Source: Vibrio vulnificus CMCP6 | Lineage (GTDB): Bacteria > Pseudomonadota > Gammaproteobacteria > Enterobacterales > Vibrionaceae | Length of the DNA stretch: 32,000 nucleotides | Reading direction: 5' to 3' | Assembly: GCF_000039765.1 (NCBI RefSeq) | Contig: NC_004459.3 | Location: 2,986,104 to 3,018,103, forward strand | In this document: positions 21,007-32,000 of the stretch, piece by piece | Layout: the number at the start of each line of letters is the position of its first letter | Numbering within the stretch: position 1 is the stretch's first letter | The notes under the pieces: model-generated | The model's input: only the letters and a program-made list of their open reading frames with translations | Database searches by the model: none | What the model was told of the DNA's origin: nothing | Program-made: the position numbers and the translations under genes

Positions 21007-21070
21007 ATTAGCAAATAAATCAAAGTTTACATCTGGTTTGTTTTTAATCTATTTTTACTTGGATTTTATT

Positions 21071-22348
21071 ATGGATTTGGCCTTCGACCGCCAGCACATC
21101 TGGCATCCCTACACTTCGACTCTCACACCTCTGACCTGCTATCCCGTGAACTCCGCAAGTGGTGTGTATATCAAACTGGAAGACGGAACCACGCTCATCG
21201 ATGGCATGTCTTCATGGTGGTCGACCATTCATGGCTACAATCACCCTCACTTGAATCGAGCGGCACATCATCAAATTGATCAAGTATCCCATGTGATGTT
21301 TGGTGGTATCACTCATCAGCCAGCGATCAATTTGTGTAAAAAGTTACTGTCCTTGGCGCCAAATAACCTAGAGCATGTCTTTCTCGCTGATTCAGGCTCA
21401 GTGGCCGTGGAGGTTAGCTTAAAAATGGCCTTGCAATACTGGCACGCAAGAGGTGAGCGCAGGCCGAAATTTTTGACATTACAGCATGGCTACCATGGCG
21501 ATACCTTTGCAGCAATGTCGGTCACCGATCCTGACAACTCGATGCATTCACTCTACAAAGGCTTCTTACCAGAGCACATATTTGCGAAATCACCGACTGG
21601 TGGCTTTTGGGATGAGTGGAAGCCAGAAGATCTCACTGACTTTGCGCAGAAGATTGAACAGCACCATCAAGAATTAGCCGCAGTAATCCTTGAACCCATC
21701 GTGCAAGGCGCGGGAGGAATGCGTATCTATCATCCAGAGTTTCTGAAAGGCGTTCGAGCACTTTGTGATAAGTATGGTCTACTGCTAATAGCAGATGAAA
21801 TCGCGACTGGTTTTGGCCGTACTGGCAAGCTGTTTGCCTGCGAGCATGCCGATATCCAACCGGACATTCTGTGTGTCGGTAAAGCACTGACTGGGGGCTA
21901 CATGACCCTTTCCGCGACCTTAACCAGCAAACACGTCGCCGATACGGTTTGTGGCGGTGAAGCAGGTTGTTTCATGCACGGTCCAACCTTTATGGGCAAT
22001 CCACTCGCCTGCGCCGTCGCAACCGCCAGTTTAGAGTTGATAGAGCAAGGCCAATGGCAACAGCAAACCAAGCAAATCGAATCGCTGTTTTCTGAGTTAC
22101 TGCCAAAACTTGAAGAATACGACTTGGTGAAAAACACCCGTTGGTTAGGTGCGATTGGTGTAGTGGAAACACATCGCCCAGTGAATATGGAAACCGTCCA
22201 AGCCCTGTTTGTTGAACAAGGTGTTTGGATTCGCCCCTTTGGCAAACTGATTTATATGATGCCGCCATTTATCAGCGAGCCGGCTCATATAGAACAATTG
22301 GTGAACGCCATTGAAACCGCACTTCAGCGTGCCGAGTGTTTTGTTTAG
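21071..22348 (+). CDS. bioA: Adenosylmethionine-8-amino-7-oxononanoate aminotransferase
   Basis: ORF 21038..22348, likely start MDLAFDRQHIWHPYTSTLTPLTCYPV; DEIATGFGRTGKLFACEHA. Confidence 0.96.
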   Translation: MDLAFDRQHIWHPYTSTLTPLTCYPVNSASGVYIKLEDGTTLIDGMSSWWSTIHGYNHPHLNRAAHHQIDQVSHVMFGGITHQPAINLCKKLLSLAPNNLEHVFLADSGSVAVEVSLKMALQYWHARGERRPKFLTLQHGYHGDTFAAMSVTDPDNSMHSLYKGFLPEHIFAKSPTGGFWDEWKPEDLTDFAQKIEQHHQELAAVILEPIVQGAGGMRIYHPEFLKGVRALCDKYGLLLIADEIATGFGRTGKLFACEHADIQPDILCVGKALTGGYMTLSATLTSKHVADTVCGGEAGCFMHGPTFMGNPLACAVATASLELIEQGQWQQQTKQIESLFSELLPKLEEYDLVKNTRWLGAIGVVETHRPVNMETVQALFVEQGVWIRPFGKLIYMMPPFISEPAHIEQLVNAIETALQRAECFV

Positions 22349-22360
22349 CCACGAGATAAT

Positions 22361-22388
22361 AAAAAACCCAGCACAGTGGCTGGGTTTT
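22361..22388. terminator. Bidirectional terminator between convergent bioA and serS
   Basis: AAAAAACCCAGC-ACAGTG-GCTGGGTTTT. Confidence 0.88.
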
Positions 22389-22410
22389 GAGATTTTTTAT
22401 GGTTAATCAA

Positions 22411-23781
<1,371 letters not shown>

Positions 23782-23809
23782 TTAACCGAACAAATGTATC
23801 CAAAAATGC

Positions 23810-25165
23810 CTACTTTTCATAGCGCTTTTGTGGGCTATTTGCGTCTAAATTAGCCAAGTAATCTAACTTTTCAGCGATTTTGCTCTCTAAGCCTCGATTT
23901 GTTGGCTGATAGTACTTGCGATCATCAATTTCAGCAGGCAAATATTGTTCGCCCGCGGCGTAGGCCCCTGGTTCATCATGAGCGTATCGATAACCTTCCC
24001 CATAACCAAGATCTTTCATCAATCCGGTCGGTGCATTACGCAAATGGAAAGGCACTTCAAATTCAGGAAGATTATGTGCATCCGACAGCGCTTGCTTCCA
24101 AGCGGTGTAGACCGCATTACTTTTCGGCGCGCACGCAAGGTAAACGATCGCCTGTGCAATTGCGCGTTCGCCTTCTGCGGGCCCAACACGGGTAAAGCAA
24201 TCCCACGCGGAAAGAGCCACTTGCATTGCCCTCGGATCCGCATTGCCCACATCTTCAGAGGCAATGGCCAGCAAACGTCGCGCGATATAGAGTGGATCAC
24301 AACCGGCAGCGATCATTCTCGCCGACCAATAAAGCGCAGCGTCCGGGTTTGAGCCGCGAATGGATTTGTGCACAGCAGAGATTAAGTCGTACCAAATGTC
24401 GCCTTTATTATCAAAACGAGAGACCTTCTCCCCCGCCACTTCCGCCAATAGCTTTAGCGTGATCTCTTTTTCACCCTGAGCATTGTCTTCTGCCATGTCA
24501 TACAGCAGCTCAAGATAGTTAAGAGACATTCGCGCATCACCATTGACGAGCTCAGCCAGACGATCCAAGACATTATCAGCAAAGTGTGCTGGTGTATTAC
24601 CCAGACCACGTTGTTTGTCGTTGATCGCTTGGTTTAATGCCAGTGAGATTTCTTCTTTGTTGAGTGACGTAAGCTTATACACACGAGCACGTGACAATAA
24701 TGCGTTGTTCAGTTCAAACGATGGATTTTCTGTGGTCGCGCCGATAAAAGTCACTGTTCCATCTTCAATGTGAGGTAAGAAGGCATCTTGCTGTGATTTA
24801 TTAAAGCGATGTACCTCATCCACAAACAAGATGGTGCGACGACCCGCCATTTTGTTCTCGCGTGCTTTTTCAATTGCGGCACGAATTTCTTTCACGCCGG
24901 ACGTGACCGCAGAGACGCGTTCAACTTCCGCGTTGGCGTAGTTTGCGGCTACTTCCGCTAATGTTGTCTTGCCTGTACCTGGAGGCCCCCACAAAATCAT
25001 TGAATGAATGTGGCCGGCCTCTAGCGCGCGACGTAATGGCTTACCAGGGCCTAAAATATGCTGCTGACCGATGTACTGTTCGATCGTTTCCGGTCTCATA
25101 CGAGCAGCAAGGGGACGAAAATCTTCGTCCCCTGAAAAATCTAAGGTGTAATTTGACACTGGCAA
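23810..25165 (-). CDS. rarA: Replication-associated recombination protein A (AAA+ ATPase, MgsA)
   Basis: 451 aa; [51 protein letters not shown]. Confidence 0.95.
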   Translation of the reverse strand: MPVSNYTLDFSGDEDFRPLAARMRPETIEQYIGQQHILGPGKPLRRALEAGHIHSMILWGPPGTGKTTLAEVAANYANAEVERVSAVTSGVKEIRAAIEKARENKMAGRRTILFVDEVHRFNKSQQDAFLPHIEDGTVTFIGATTENPSFELNNALLSRARVYKLTSLNKEEISLALNQAINDKQRGLGNTPAHFADNVLDRLAELVNGDARMSLNYLELLYDMAEDNAQGEKEITLKLLAEVAGEKVSRFDNKGDIWYDLISAVHKSIRGSNPDAALYWSARMIAAGCDPLYIARRLLAIASEDVGNADPRAMQVALSAWDCFTRVGPAEGERAIAQAIVYLACAPKSNAVYTAWKQALSDAHNLPEFEVPFHLRNAPTGLMKDLGYGEGYRYAHDEPGAYAAGEQYLPAEIDDRKYYQPTNRGLESKIAEKLDYLANLDANSPQKRYEK

Positions 25166-25762
25166 TTAGTTCCTTTGGTCATCCACTTCAACCCCTTCAG
25201 GGATGTTAAAGGTGAAGCGGGCAGCTGCAGGCTTTCCTAGTTTCATATCCGTAAACTTGAAGATGCCTTTTTGTCCATCTTGTTCAATGACATTAAAACC
25301 ATGCACAATCCCTTTTGCATCAATATCAATTTGGAACTGCCCCTGGGTAGAGTCTGCCGCTTTCGGCACGAGAGTGAACACATTACCATCTTGCGTGATT
25401 TGATAGTTTTCCCAATCACTGGACTGATTACGAGTGAGTAAAACAAACGGTGTTTGTTGTACAGCTTGTTCTTGCCAGTAAATGCTTACCTGTTCAATAA
25501 ATGGGCTGTAATACCATAAGGTTTTTCCATCCGAAACCAACAGGTTTTCATCCGGTAAAGAGGTACTCCAGCGAAACAGGCTTGGTCTGGCAATATCAAC
25601 GCTGCCTTCCCCTTCCATCACGACTTCACCCTCTGGGCTTGTCACCGTTTGGTTGAAGTTTGCGCTAAAGCCATCATTCATGCCTAATCTCTGATTAAGC
25701 TCTTGCTGTGGATTTGCCAATGCTGACGCGCTAAGGAAAAATACAACTAACCATTTTTTCAT
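25166..25762 (-). CDS. lolA: Outer-membrane lipoprotein carrier protein LolA
   Basis: 198 aa, signal peptide; [70 protein letters not shown]. Confidence 0.95.
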
Positions 25763-25834
25763 TTTTATACCTATTTACGGCTAAGGTTTAAAAGGAGTTG
25801 CACGTTTTGACTCCTCCTTCTAAACGAAAGTTCA

Positions 25835-28792
25835 TTATTCTCTTGGTGGTGCAGGAGCCAGCACTTCTCGGTTGCCATTATGGCCCGGTGCACTGACGAT
25901 CCCTTGAGCTTCCAACTGCTCTACAATACGCGCCGCACGGTTATAGCCAATTTTGAAACGGCGCTGAACACCAGAAACCGAACCACGACGTGACTGAACA
26001 ACATGTTCAACCACTTGATCGAAAAGGGGATCAAGGTCTTCATCGCTCTCCATTTGTTCGCCAGGTAGCAAACTTTCTGGCCCCTGTTCACCGCTGATGA
26101 TCTCGTCAATGTAGTTTGGTTTACCACGCGCTTTCCAGTTGTTTACAACCGCATGCACGTCATCATCAGAGGCAAAGGCACCATGCACCCGGATGGTGTG
26201 ACTCGAACCCGGAGGCAGGTAAAGCATGTCACCCATACCCAATAGCGATTCAGCACCGCCTTGATCGAGGATGGTACGAGAGTCGGTTTTGGTGGAAACG
26301 GTAAACGCCACTCGTGTTGGAATGTTCGCTTTGATCAGACCTGTAATGACATCTACCGATGGACGCTGTGTTGCTAGGATCAAGTGGATACCCGCCGCAC
26401 GCGCTTTTTGCGCCAAGCGTGCGATCAACTCTTCCACTTTTTTGCCGACCACCATCATGAGATCCGCAAATTCATCCACAACAACGACGATATACGGCAG
26501 TTTTTCTAATAATGGTGGCTCCGTATCCATGCTATCCCCTTCTTGCCAGAAAGGATCGTGAATAGGATGGCCCGCGTCTGCCGCCATTTTCAGTTTCTCA
26601 TTAAAACCTTTAATGTTACGCACGCCCATCACAGACATCAGTTTGTAACGACGCTCCATCTCACCAACACACCAACGTAATGCATTAGAAGCATCTTTCA
26701 TGTCAGTGACAACTTCCGCTAATAGGTGTGGAATGCCTTCGTACACCGAAAGCTCCAGCATTTTCGGGTCGATCATAATAAAACGCACATCTTCTGGGCT
26801 TGCTTTATAGAGCATGCTAAGAATCATGACGTTTACCCCAACAGATTTACCAGAACCCGTGGTACCCGCCACCAGCACATGCGGCATTTTCGCCAAGTCT
26901 GCGACCAATGCTTCACCAGCAATATCTTGCCCTAGAACCACCGTGGTCGGTGACGTTGCATTCTGGAACTGAGGACTATCAATCACATCAGACAGGTAAA
27001 CCGTTTGACGGCTCATGTTTGGCAGCTCGAGTCCCACGTAGGGTTTACCAGGGATCACTTCAACAACTCGTACAGCCATTGCCGACAATGAACGTGCTAA
27101 GTCCATGGATAAGCTCGAGATGCGGCTAACCTTCACGCCCGGCGCTAAATCAAGTTCAAAACGGGTAATTACAGGTCCTGGGAAGATCCCAACCACTTCC
27201 GCGGTGATCTTGTAGTCGGCCAGTTTAGATTCGACCAATCTTGCTACTTGTTCTAGCGCTTCTTTATCGATGAAATTCTCACGTTTTTCAGGGTGATAAA
27301 GTAGCTCAAGCGTTGGTAGCGGCTCTTTCGGCACCGGCAGTGAGGTGTCTTGTTTCATCAAAAACGGGTTCTGCGTCGCCGCCATATTTTGCTGTGCTTT
27401 AGAGACCATGTTTTGGAAAGCGACCACATCTTGATCTTGGTCTTCGTCCTCTTCCACATAATCTTCCATTTCTGGATTCACATCGCCCACACTGTCAGCA
27501 ACAGGCAAGTCCACAATTTCTTCTTGAGTAGTATGTTGAGTAGTTTGTTCTACTCCTAGGTGAGAGAACATTGGCTCTGCCGACGACGCCATTGCGGATC
27601 TCTGCGCCTCATTGTGATGCAATGGTGCTTCTTCAGCAAAACCGACCATGACAGGCTCATCGATTTCTTCTGAGATCTTATCCAGTTCGGAAAGTGAGAT
27701 AACGTGATCAAACTCTTCAACATCCACACTGAAATCTTGTGCATGTTCAACTTGTGTTGTTTGAGAGTGTTCTGCAGAAACTTGAGCGATATCGGCAACA
27801 TTATAACGTGCACGCTCTGTACTCATGGTGTCATCAGGCAGGTCATTCACCGACAGCGCTTCTTGCTCTAACTCTTCAATTGTGGCGTTAAGCTTTTTCG
27901 CTCGCTCAAAGGAGTTATCCTCCAGTTCATCCAGCTCGTCAGAGACCGTTTGGTAGCTTACTGTTTGTGGCATATGGATCGGGTATTCTCTGCGCATTTG
28001 AACCACAGGCTCCACAGGTAGCGGATCAGGAATACGCTCTTCCTCAACAATCTCATCTTGCTGTGCTTCTATTTGTGGCTGAGCTTTAGGTTCATCGTCA
28101 GACAATGCGATCGGTTGTAATTCAGGGGCGATAACTTCTGTTTTTTCACCGCGAAGGCGATTCAGCGCCCACTGACAAACATCGAGAAACAGGCTACCGA
28201 TCCATTCGACAATCGAGAGCCATGAGATGCCAGTAAGTAGAGTAAAACCCGCCCCCCAAGCAAACAGCAACACCAACGTTGTACCCAGTAGGTTCAGTGT
28301 GGGTAACGCAAGACTATTGAGAACATCGCCAAGCACACCACCAGAAGAAAAATACCAGATATCGTCAAAATTGATGTCCGCCAAACCACAACTGGTTAAA
28401 ATAAGTATGGCCAAACCGAGTAAACGCGTTCCCCACAACATGAGATCAATGTGTTCATCTTCGTCTCTGGTTCGGAAAAAGACCCATGTCACAATCACCA
28501 ATAGCACTGGCAACAAATAAGCCAACAGGCCAAATGTAAAGAAAAGTGTATCCGCTACCCAAGCACCAAATTGTCCACCGGCATTGCTGATATCTCCACC
28601 CCATGAGGTTTGAGACCAAGAAGGGTCCGCTGGGCTAAAGGTTAATAGGGCAATTGAAAGGAAAGCAGAAGTCAGTACGCCTAGAATAAGGCAGCACTCT
28701 TTGAGACGTTGAAAACCGTTCAGACGAGAAGACTGAGCCTCTTCGCTTGTTTTAATAATGGTTTGTACTTTTTTAGCGTTCTCTTTGAACAT
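25835..28792 (-). CDS. ftsK: DNA translocase FtsK
   Basis: 985 aa; N-terminal TM segments, [21 protein letters not shown] Walker A, and C-terminal gamma domain ([33 protein letters not shown]). Confidence 0.97.
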   Translation of the reverse strand: MFKENAKKVQTIIKTSEEAQSSRLNGFQRLKECCLILGVLTSAFLSIALLTFSPADPSWSQTSWGGDISNAGGQFGAWVADTLFFTFGLLAYLLPVLLVIVTWVFFRTRDEDEHIDLMLWGTRLLGLAILILTSCGLADINFDDIWYFSSGGVLGDVLNSLALPTLNLLGTTLVLLFAWGAGFTLLTGISWLSIVEWIGSLFLDVCQWALNRLRGEKTEVIAPELQPIALSDDEPKAQPQIEAQQDEIVEEERIPDPLPVEPVVQMRREYPIHMPQTVSYQTVSDELDELEDNSFERAKKLNATIEELEQEALSVNDLPDDTMSTERARYNVADIAQVSAEHSQTTQVEHAQDFSVDVEEFDHVISLSELDKISEEIDEPVMVGFAEEAPLHHNEAQRSAMASSAEPMFSHLGVEQTTQHTTQEEIVDLPVADSVGDVNPEMEDYVEEDEDQDQDVVAFQNMVSKAQQNMAATQNPFLMKQDTSLPVPKEPLPTLELLYHPEKRENFIDKEALEQVARLVESKLADYKITAEVVGIFPGPVITRFELDLAPGVKVSRISSLSMDLARSLSAMAVRVVEVIPGKPYVGLELPNMSRQTVYLSDVIDSPQFQNATSPTTVVLGQDIAGEALVADLAKMPHVLVAGTTGSGKSVGVNVMILSMLYKASPEDVRFIMIDPKMLELSVYEGIPHLLAEVVTDMKDASNALRWCVGEMERRYKLMSVMGVRNIKGFNEKLKMAADAGHPIHDPFWQEGDSMDTEPPLLEKLPYIVVVVDEFADLMMVVGKKVEELIARLAQKARAAGIHLILATQRPSVDVITGLIKANIPTRVAFTVSTKTDSRTILDQGGAESLLGMGDMLYLPPGSSHTIRVHGAFASDDDVHAVVNNWKARGKPNYIDEIISGEQGPESLLPGEQMESDEDLDPLFDQVVEHVVQSRRGSVSGVQRRFKIGYNRAARIVEQLEAQGIVSAPGHNGNREVLAPAPPRE

Positions 28793-28936
28793 AAATCAAC
28801 TTGAATCAACAGTAACTGAAACATTCCGAGCGGCCTATGCCGCTCGGATTCATAAGTCGATTTAACCATATCGAAAGGAAAAACCCAACGCTTGGAAGGT
28901 GAAAGCAGCGATATAAGCCGCTTTCCTTACAAGAAT

Positions 28937-29431
28937 TTAACGTGTTTTAATCACAAGTTGGTTGGTTTGCTTCACTTCTTCCATTACAACGTAGGTTCGA
29001 GTGTCATTTACACCTGGTAAACGAAGCAGAGTATCACCGAGCAATTTACGGTAAGCACCCATATCAGATACACGCGTTTTTAATAGATAGTCGAAATCAC
29101 CAGAAACAAGATGACACTCTTGGATATCATCCAGTTTTTGAACCGCGGCATTAAACTGTTCAAATACATCGGGCGCACCACGATTTAACGTAATTTCAAC
29201 AAACACGAGCAATGAGGCGTCTAGGTATTGAGGGTTTAACAATGCGGTATAACCCGTAATGTATCCTTGACGCTCTAAGCGACGAACACGCTCTAAACAT
29301 GGAGTTGGAGAAAGCCCCACGCGCTTAGAGAGTTCAACGTTTGAAATTCGACCATCTTTCTGCAATTCATTCAAAATATTGCGATCGATACGGTCTAGAT
29401 CCTTGGACGGCTTTTTGTAGTTATCTACCAT
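28937..29431 (-). CDS. lrp: Leucine-responsive regulatory protein Lrp
   Basis: 164 aa; LDRIDRNILNELQKDGRISNVELSKRVGLSPTPCLERVRRLERQGYI. Confidence 0.96.
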   Translation of the reverse strand: MVDNYKKPSKDLDRIDRNILNELQKDGRISNVELSKRVGLSPTPCLERVRRLERQGYITGYTALLNPQYLDASLLVFVEITLNRGAPDVFEQFNAAVQKLDDIQECHLVSGDFDYLLKTRVSDMGAYRKLLGDTLLRLPGVNDTRTYVVMEEVKQTNQLVIKTR

Positions 29432-29586
29432 TTTTTATTCCACCTTATTACTTCCTTGCAAAAAAATATACTACAACTTTTTAATATTCAGTATCAAATT
29501 TTGCCACATCACATCTATACTAGGCACAAATTCGACATTACACCCTACACATAGTCAATACAACCAGAATAAAACGAGGAGTCAGG

Positions 29587-30711
29587 ATGATTATTGGCGT
29601 TCCAAAGGAAATCAAGAACCACGAATACCGTGTTGGTATGATCCCAGCCAGTGTGAGAGAGCTTATCTCACATGGTCACCAAGTTTTTGTTGAAACTAAT
29701 GCCGGTGCAGGCATCGGTTTTTCAGACGATGATTACATCGCTGTAGGCGCATCCATTCTTCCTACTGCTGCTGACGTCTTCGCGAAAGCAGAAATGATTG
29801 TAAAGGTAAAAGAACCTCAAGCTGTTGAGCGAGCCATGCTCAAAGAGGGGCAAATATTATTTACTTATTTGCACCTAGCTCCAGATTTTCCACAAACTGA
29901 AGAGCTAATCAAGAGCAAAGCTGTCTGCATTGCCTATGAGACTGTAACAGATCATATGGGTCGCTTACCACTACTTGCTCCAATGTCTGAAGTTGCTGGC
30001 CGTATGTCTATCCAAGCTGGTGCACAAACTCTAGAAAAATCTCACGGTGGCCGTGGTTTACTTCTTGGTGGTGTACCGGGCGTTGAACCAGCAAAAGTCG
30101 TTGTTATTGGCGGCGGTGTCGTTGGTGCTAACGCTGCTCGTATGGCTGTTGGCCTACGTGCTGATGTTACTATCCTTGACCGTAACGTGGATACGCTTCG
30201 TAAATTAGACGAAGAATTCCAAGGCCGCGCTAAAGTCGTTTATTCTACAGAAGATGCGATCGAGAAGCACGTTCTAGAAGCCGATCTTGTCATCGGTGCG
30301 GTGCTCATCCCAGGCGCAGCAGCACCAAAACTGGTCACAAAAGAACACATCGCTAAGATGAAGCCAGGTGCCGCTGTTGTTGACGTTGCAATCGACCAAG
30401 GCGGTTGTTTCGAAACTTCTCACGCAACCACACACGCAGAGCCGACTTACATTGTTGACGATGTCGTACACTACTGTGTTGCTAATATGCCAGGTGCCGT
30501 CGCTCGCACTTCTACTTTTGCCCTTAATAACGCGACTCTACCTTACATTGTTAAGCTTGCAAACAAAGGATATCGTGAAGCATTGTCAGCAGATAAAGGC
30601 TTCCTACTTGGTCTAAATGTGATTCACGGTAAAGTGACGTGCAAAGAAGTTGCAGAAAGCTTTAACCTAGAATACGTAGATCCAGCAGAAGCCATTCGCA
30701 TGTTTAGCTAA
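29587..30711 (+). CDS. ald: Alanine dehydrogenase
   Basis: 374 aa; [50 protein letters not shown]; divergent from lrp. Confidence 0.96.
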   Translation: MIIGVPKEIKNHEYRVGMIPASVRELISHGHQVFVETNAGAGIGFSDDDYIAVGASILPTAADVFAKAEMIVKVKEPQAVERAMLKEGQILFTYLHLAPDFPQTEELIKSKAVCIAYETVTDHMGRLPLLAPMSEVAGRMSIQAGAQTLEKSHGGRGLLLGGVPGVEPAKVVVIGGGVVGANAARMAVGLRADVTILDRNVDTLRKLDEEFQGRAKVVYSTEDAIEKHVLEADLVIGAVLIPGAAAPKLVTKEHIAKMKPGAAVVDVAIDQGGCFETSHATTHAEPTYIVDDVVHYCVANMPGAVARTSTFALNNATLPYIVKLANKGYREALSADKGFLLGLNVIHGKVTCKEVAESFNLEYVDPAEAIRMFS

Positions 30712-30735
30712 GCTGAAAATTCTAATGCTCTCAGT

Positions 30736-30763
30736 AAAAAGCTCGCATAAATGCGAGCTTTTT
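30736..30763 (+). terminator. Rho-independent terminator downstream of ald
   Basis: AAAAAGCTCGCAT-AA-ATGCGAGCTTTTTTA. Confidence 0.9.
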
Positions 30764-30827
30764 TATTACGATGCGTTCTAAGTTATAACAACAAATTCTA
30801 TATGTAACACTGCCAAATAAGCATTTT

Positions 30828-32000
30828 TTAGGTGTTCTTTCTGTCAGATGCGTGAATAAGAATATTTCTCGGAGTAATATCTCGATCGCAAAATTCACTT
30901 AGCGATACTTGATACCCTTGTTCTTGGAGATACATGGCTTTGTCATAAATAAGCCACATTTCAATTGCACGTTGAAAGATTTGCTGTACCAAGCTTAGCC
31001 TTTCCATACGCCAAAAACGTTTCGCACCTTCAGCCTCATACTGATCGAAGTTCACTTGCGGCAAGTTCCATTCTTTCAGCTCCGCAGCCCAACGACAAAA
31101 CGCTTCAAAGCCAAGTGAAAGCTGTGACTTTTTAATACTCGGTACAGGCGCATACTCTTTAAAAGCACACTCTTGTCTTAGTAGCAAATCCAAACCAAGA
31201 CGAAAATTCATCTCTAATTGTCGATGTCGCTGAACCCGGCTTCCACCAGTCACTGTCTGCTGCAATGGAATTCGCAGTTCACTTCGGCTAAGACGTATTG
31301 TCGAGAGCTTAGCCACACTCGACAATACTTGGTAAGCGTCGCTCTGAATGAGGTGATAACAACAAGGAGCAATCGTCATCGCTGCTACGCCTTTCTCGCA
31401 ACCATACTGCATCATTCGAACATGTAAATCTCCGCAGGCATGTAAGGCGACGGCATGCTGTTCGGGCTTAAAGTATTGTTTAGATTGACATTCAAGAGCG
31501 TCACCTTGAACAAAATGCATGGGCAGATTCAGTGCATCCGCTTCGGATTGACCACTTTGGCACAAGGGTAACTGATACTCAAAACTCGTCACGCGTTGCC
31601 TGGTTTGGGAAGAAAGAACTCGGCCTAAATATCCCTTACCCGAGCACCATTCCAGCCATTCGCTCCCTTGGTGACGAGTTAGGCTATAAGAGCCCATTGC
31701 TTCAATTTGCTTAAGTTTTCGTCCTGGAATTCCGACACCAAAACGCTCAGCGAGTTTAATGGTCGTTATCGAGTGTGGTGCAAGTGCAATGTTCGCCAAT
31801 ACCGTTCTGCTATCTGGAATAAACCTACCAAGATCTGCCATCAAACTAGTGGGATCGAGTTTGTATTGTGATAACTCTTGCGCTGAGAGTGAGTTTAACC
31901 ACGCACACATATCAGGATGCGTGTCGACCCAAGGAAGTTGTTCATGCAAACTTTGATGAAATGGTTCAAAACGCCAGAATCGTTGGTGCTCAGTAAGCCA
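30828..32000 (-). CDS. SAM-dependent methyltransferase-like protein, N-terminus cut by the window edge
   Basis: Track ORF 30828..31949 begins at a TTG; the frame stays open to 32000, reading WLTEHQRFWRFEPFHQSLHEQLPWVDTHPDM. HAVALHACGDLHVRMM and TIAPCCYHL resemble the Methyltransf_32-like family. Confidence 0.75.
   Translation of the reverse strand, partial: WLTEHQRFWRFEPFHQSLHEQLPWVDTHPDMCAWLNSLSAQELSQYKLDPTSLMADLGRFIPDSRTVLANIALAPHSITTIKLAERFGVGIPGRKLKQIEAMGSYSLTRHQGSEWLEWCSGKGYLGRVLSSQTRQRVTSFEYQLPLCQSGQSEADALNLPMHFVQGDALECQSKQYFKPEQHAVALHACGDLHVRMMQYGCEKGVAAMTIAPCCYHLIQSDAYQVLSSVAKLSTIRLSRSELRIPLQQTVTGGSRVQRHRQLEMNFRLGLDLLLRQECAFKEYAPVPSIKKSQLSLGFEAFCRWAAELKEWNLPQVNFDQYEAEGAKRFWRMERLSLVQQIFQRAIEMWLIYDKAMYLQEQGYQVSLSEFCDRDITPRNILIHASDRKNT

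Noticed and set aside
25787-25822. AAGGAGT...ACTCCTCCTT inverted repeat downstream of ftsK as a terminator
   Set aside because: Short, interrupted stem without a good U-run on the ftsK strand; evidence too weak to list.
26116-28520. Several antisense ORFs across ftsK (26116..26304, 26271..26561, 26908..27129, 28227..28520 and others)
   Set aside because: Fully inside a convincing ftsK frame, with no plausible start context or family.

Overview
This looks like a chromosomal window from a Vibrio of the Harveyi/parahaemolyticus type (inference from protein sequences and gene order). Most of it is core genome. Left to right it holds: the start of the his operon (partial hisD, hisG, His-rich leader and attenuator); an NhaC-family transporter behind a lysine riboswitch; hns; gsk and purB, each with a PurR-like palindrome upstream; mnmA-hflD; an 8-gene minus-strand operon (SnoaL/NTF2-like, SDR, FAD oxidoreductase, DUF1365, CFA-synthase-like methyltransferase, DUF2878, chalcone-isomerase-like, DUF3833 lipoprotein); htpX; the biotin locus bioA/bioBFCD with face-to-face promoters over an inverted repeat; serS, rarA, lolA, ftsK, lrp; divergent ald; and a methyltransferase gene cut by the right edge. 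I see no CRISPR array, prophage, transposon, tRNA or rRNA, and no clear new defence system. The least characterised and most interesting module is the 8-gene operon. It has a TGATCC-N15-CGTATTC promoter-like element upstream and may be a ChrR/sigmaE-type (singlet oxygen) membrane-lipid modification operon. A perfect 8-copy GAGAATC heptamer repeat starts directly after the purB stop codon.
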